From the NCBI GenBank assembly GCA_047495785.1, contig JBLDXI010000042.1, forward strand, positions 2,976,001 to 3,040,000: a DNA stretch of 64,000 nucleotides, given 5' to 3'. The translations under genes and the position numbers were made by a program. This DNA is from Lepidodermella squamata (lineage: Eukaryota; Animalia; Gastrotricha). Position 1 is the stretch's first letter. Every line of letters starts with the position of its first letter. Below the pieces are notes generated by a model that was given only the letters and a program-made list of their open reading frames with translations, did no database searches and was not told the DNA's origin. Below are positions 60,995-64,000 of this stretch, piece after piece.

Positions 60995-62203
60995 ACTTCA
61001 ACATGTGGCGACGAAAAAATCATAGGAAATTTTCCATAGTTTTAGGGTGGAAGATTGATCGAAAGGAAAAATTCAATTAGGAAAAAGCACCGAATACCGA
61101 ATTTCCAGGCGTTGGCCATGGCAGCAGAGCTAAAAATAGTGACGAATCCAGAAAATATAACCCCTAATAGTTATATGAGGATCGCTGCCCGTAAATTAGG
61201 CGGGTGCCAATAAAAATCAAGAATTTTTGAAAAATCAAAATCATTGCGAAAAATCAAATTTCAACCTAGTAATTTTTGGAAATTTTTGAAATAATCGCAA
61301 TACCGTGTATTTGGCTACCAAAATGCATAACAAGAAGCACGCGCGAGTTTAGTACTTATTTTCGAAATTTTTCAATTATGGGTCTATGTCATTTGCTCGC
61401 GGAACATTGCGCGTTTTCATTGCGAAATTCCTTGATTTTATTTTATTTTAAATAAAAAATCATGGAATTCCACAATGAAAAATAAATGTTTCGGGAGTGA
61501 ATTCCATTTGTGATACTTTCAATCCTAACCCTAGCAAAATCGATTGAAACCTTGATATTGATTTAACTTATTCGATTATATAAATCAGCCGGCGATAGAT
61601 GACGTAGAGATACTACTTTGGAGACCTGTAATTCTCCCTATGAGTTGGAATATGACGCAATACCATATGATAGATGGCGTAAAAAAATATCAGGCAAGAG
61701 TACTAATCATATAGCTAAAGAATGCACCTTGAAACTAACCCAATTAAACAATCGCTCACCGAGTACAGAGTACATTATGCGACGATGACGTCAAAATGCG
61801 CGCTGTGAGTCAAGTAACTGCGACAGGTGCAAAACAAATTTCAATTTCTTGCGCGTTTCTGTATTTCTCTATCTGTCATCTTTTAAAGCTTCATCATGAT
61901 GGTGGCTACGAATTTCTTCCTCGCTCTTCAATAATCTTCAACGCGATGTATAATCTCGCAAAGTCACAGTCGAAAATCGAACCATGTTGAGACTCAGTTT
62001 TATTCAACACATAAAATGATCTGGATTCATAATACCAACTGGCTAAAATCGTTTTTCTTAACCCGACATCCAGCTGTCAGGAAAGTTTTCCGAGTAGCCA
62101 TATGAGGCGATAGCAGCGCTGCTGTTAGGCTGCACTTCTTATTCGGCGCCTTAATTTGACTCGGAATCGTTCTGTTCTTGCGAAACCTATCGAAAGAAAT
62201 CAG

Positions 62204-62437
62204 TTATTTATTGGAAAAAATTACAAAATTTTTATTATACCGTCGCCTTCGGTCGTTAGCTGACGCTGGAGGTCCGTTGTCCATGGGCGTTACAATATTC
62301 ACAATATGGCATGGCATAGATTGGCGTCTGGTGAACGAATTGCGGCCATCGATGCTGCTGGCAGAGCCCGATGAATGAAGCTTGGCGAAAACGACAGCGT
62401 CAATCACCCATTCGACCATCCGATTAAATAGAGGCAT
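62204..62437 (-). CDS. WxVD-motif family member 4
   Basis: MPLFNRMVEWVIDAVVFAKL; Ser/Arg-rich; resembles the N-terminus of the 46588 ORF. Confidence 0.55.
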   Translation of the reverse strand: MPLFNRMVEWVIDAVVFAKLHSSGSASSIDGRNSFTRRQSMPCHIVNIVTPMDNGPPASANDRRRRYNKNFVIFSNK

Positions 62438-63579
62438 AATACTTTTTCAAAATGAAATAAAATCTAATGAATGGCTGAGAATTACGATGAGCGTGTATTC
62501 ACGCGCAATCTCGGGATAAAGTTTGATGGTAATTGACAAAAACAGGGCGCTGAACAAAATAAACCAAACATGACATATACGAGGGTCCGCGATGCGAGGA
62601 TAACGCCCTGATATTGCATTTAGCCATGTACACTTAATGATCCACTTAGATGCACGTGAATGCAGGTTGGCTTGATAGTGAATTATGCCAAAAAATTAAT
62701 ATGTACGCTCGAAAAGATATGTGCCGCAAAACAGGAAATAATTAAAGCTTCTCCTGAGGAAATTCGATGCTTGAGACGTTAGACACCTGTCCATAAAAAA
62801 TACTATTTAGGGTACGGGCTTAGCAATAAAGGTACATGCCACGACGATGAGCCATAGCCATGCGATACGCATGTTGTTTTCAATAAGTATAACCAAGGCG
62901 AAAAAACGCACGTGATTCTGCGATGTTGTATAGTGCCTCGTTTTAGCGTAAAACCGCTAGAAAATACTATGCGCTAATTTCTTTTTGGGTGCTGTCAAAA
63001 ACCACGCGGGTTTTTTTATTATAGTGACCTATATAAAGTACGAGGAAAAAATTAACTTTAATTATAGCGTGAGAAAATTAGTTGCAAATTTGACCGTTAA
63101 CAAGTGAAAAGTGGGGCTTGGCGAAAGTTTTAACATCGTGAGATATTGATGCCGCTTTGAAGATCAAAGAACATATCAAAGAGAAGCTCATCAGAGTTTC
63201 AGAGAAAATGGGCTTAAAAGTTTGCTAATTTAAAAAAAAATTGCGCTTGAAAAATCAAGTTTGTTTATTGCATCAATTAATAATTCGTCGCGCAATTAAT
63301 TCGGATGTTTTTTTCTTAATGCGCAGTCGAGATTTGTTGGGGTAATCTGAGGTGAGGAATCTAGGTAGATATTCCACAATTTTGATGGAATCACGCTAAT
63401 GCTTCTGCGTCAACCTGAACCGATAAGCCTTTTAGGCGAAACTTTGGGGTCTTCCAACTTTTGAGGTGGATGGGAGCTTCCCAGAGGTCTGAATTTTCGA
63501 AAATTCAAATTTCTCAAGTAAAGCTGTTTAATAACATCTAGGATTCCAAGAATCGTCCCTTATTCAAGTCAGGATACGG

Positions 63580-63680
63580 CGACAAAACAGCTGTTTCTGC
63601 TGTTATGTCGCGTTTGCTGTTTTGGGCATTTGCTGTTATGACGGTCTGCCCAAGTCAGTACACCTTTTGCCATTTGCTGA
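63580..63680. repeat. Short degenerate tandem repeat (tgctgtt units)
   Basis: Four to five gctgtt/ttgctg units; possibly a transposon subterminal repeat. Confidence 0.35.
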
Positions 63681-64000
63681 AAAATACAGAAAATACTCCA
63701 AACCCAACTTTTCACTTGGTAACGGTCATTTCGATTTTCCTTAACTGACGCATTCTGTGAATTTCGAATCCAATTTGCCGTGTGATTTTCAATTTAATAT
63801 ATAAATAACCAAGCTCAATCGATAAGTATGTGCGCTGTTCGCGATATCGGCTGGCAATATTCGAAGCCTGAAGAACCGAGAGACAATATCGATTTCGATT
63901 ATCGATTATTAGTGATTTTTCCGATATCCACAGTCTCGAAGCAAGCTTTTTCTTCACCTCTGAGGGTACCAGATTGCTTAGTAAGAATGTCCACAGATGG

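Noticed and set aside
60556-61023. 155-aa ORF and overlapping ORFs
   Set aside because: They lie within a foldback MITE and have no domain signal.
1-64000. Prokaryotic operon or defence island, CRISPR array, rRNA or tRNA
   Set aside because: Spliceosomal introns and metazoan gene families occur throughout; there is no repeat-spacer array and no recognisable structural RNA gene.

Overview
Eukaryotic, metazoan-type DNA from a very compact genome, with GT-AG introns mostly 45-65 nt; I cannot name the organism. No rRNA, tRNA or CRISPR features are seen. The window is dominated by lineage-specific tandem families. (1) 544-16019: ten co-oriented genes only 64-183 nt apart, each preceded by an acceptor-like YAG, suggesting an SL-trans-spliced operon. 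It encodes three intronless fusions of a catalytically dead USP domain and a catalytically dead Ulp1/SENP domain, two TRIM (RING-Bbox-coiled coil)-ankyrin proteins, and five mini-genes made only of a piggyBac-transposase C-terminal cysteine-rich domain. (2) A divergent nuclear receptor and a DEG/ENaC channel with an atypical TM2. (3) Eight secreted small proteins sharing an unrecognised C-terminal C-x9-C...WAQ..A.DI..GK.D domain. (4) Thirteen Ly6/three-finger-like genes, eleven with a variant cysteine frame and hypervariable loops. (5) A dispersed intronless family of disordered proteins with an N-terminal W[LVM][VI]D-type motif. (6) A four-finger C2H2 gene, several MITEs and a decayed Helitron-like fragment. 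Exon boundaries were read by eye, and family assignments come from motif recognition, not database searches.
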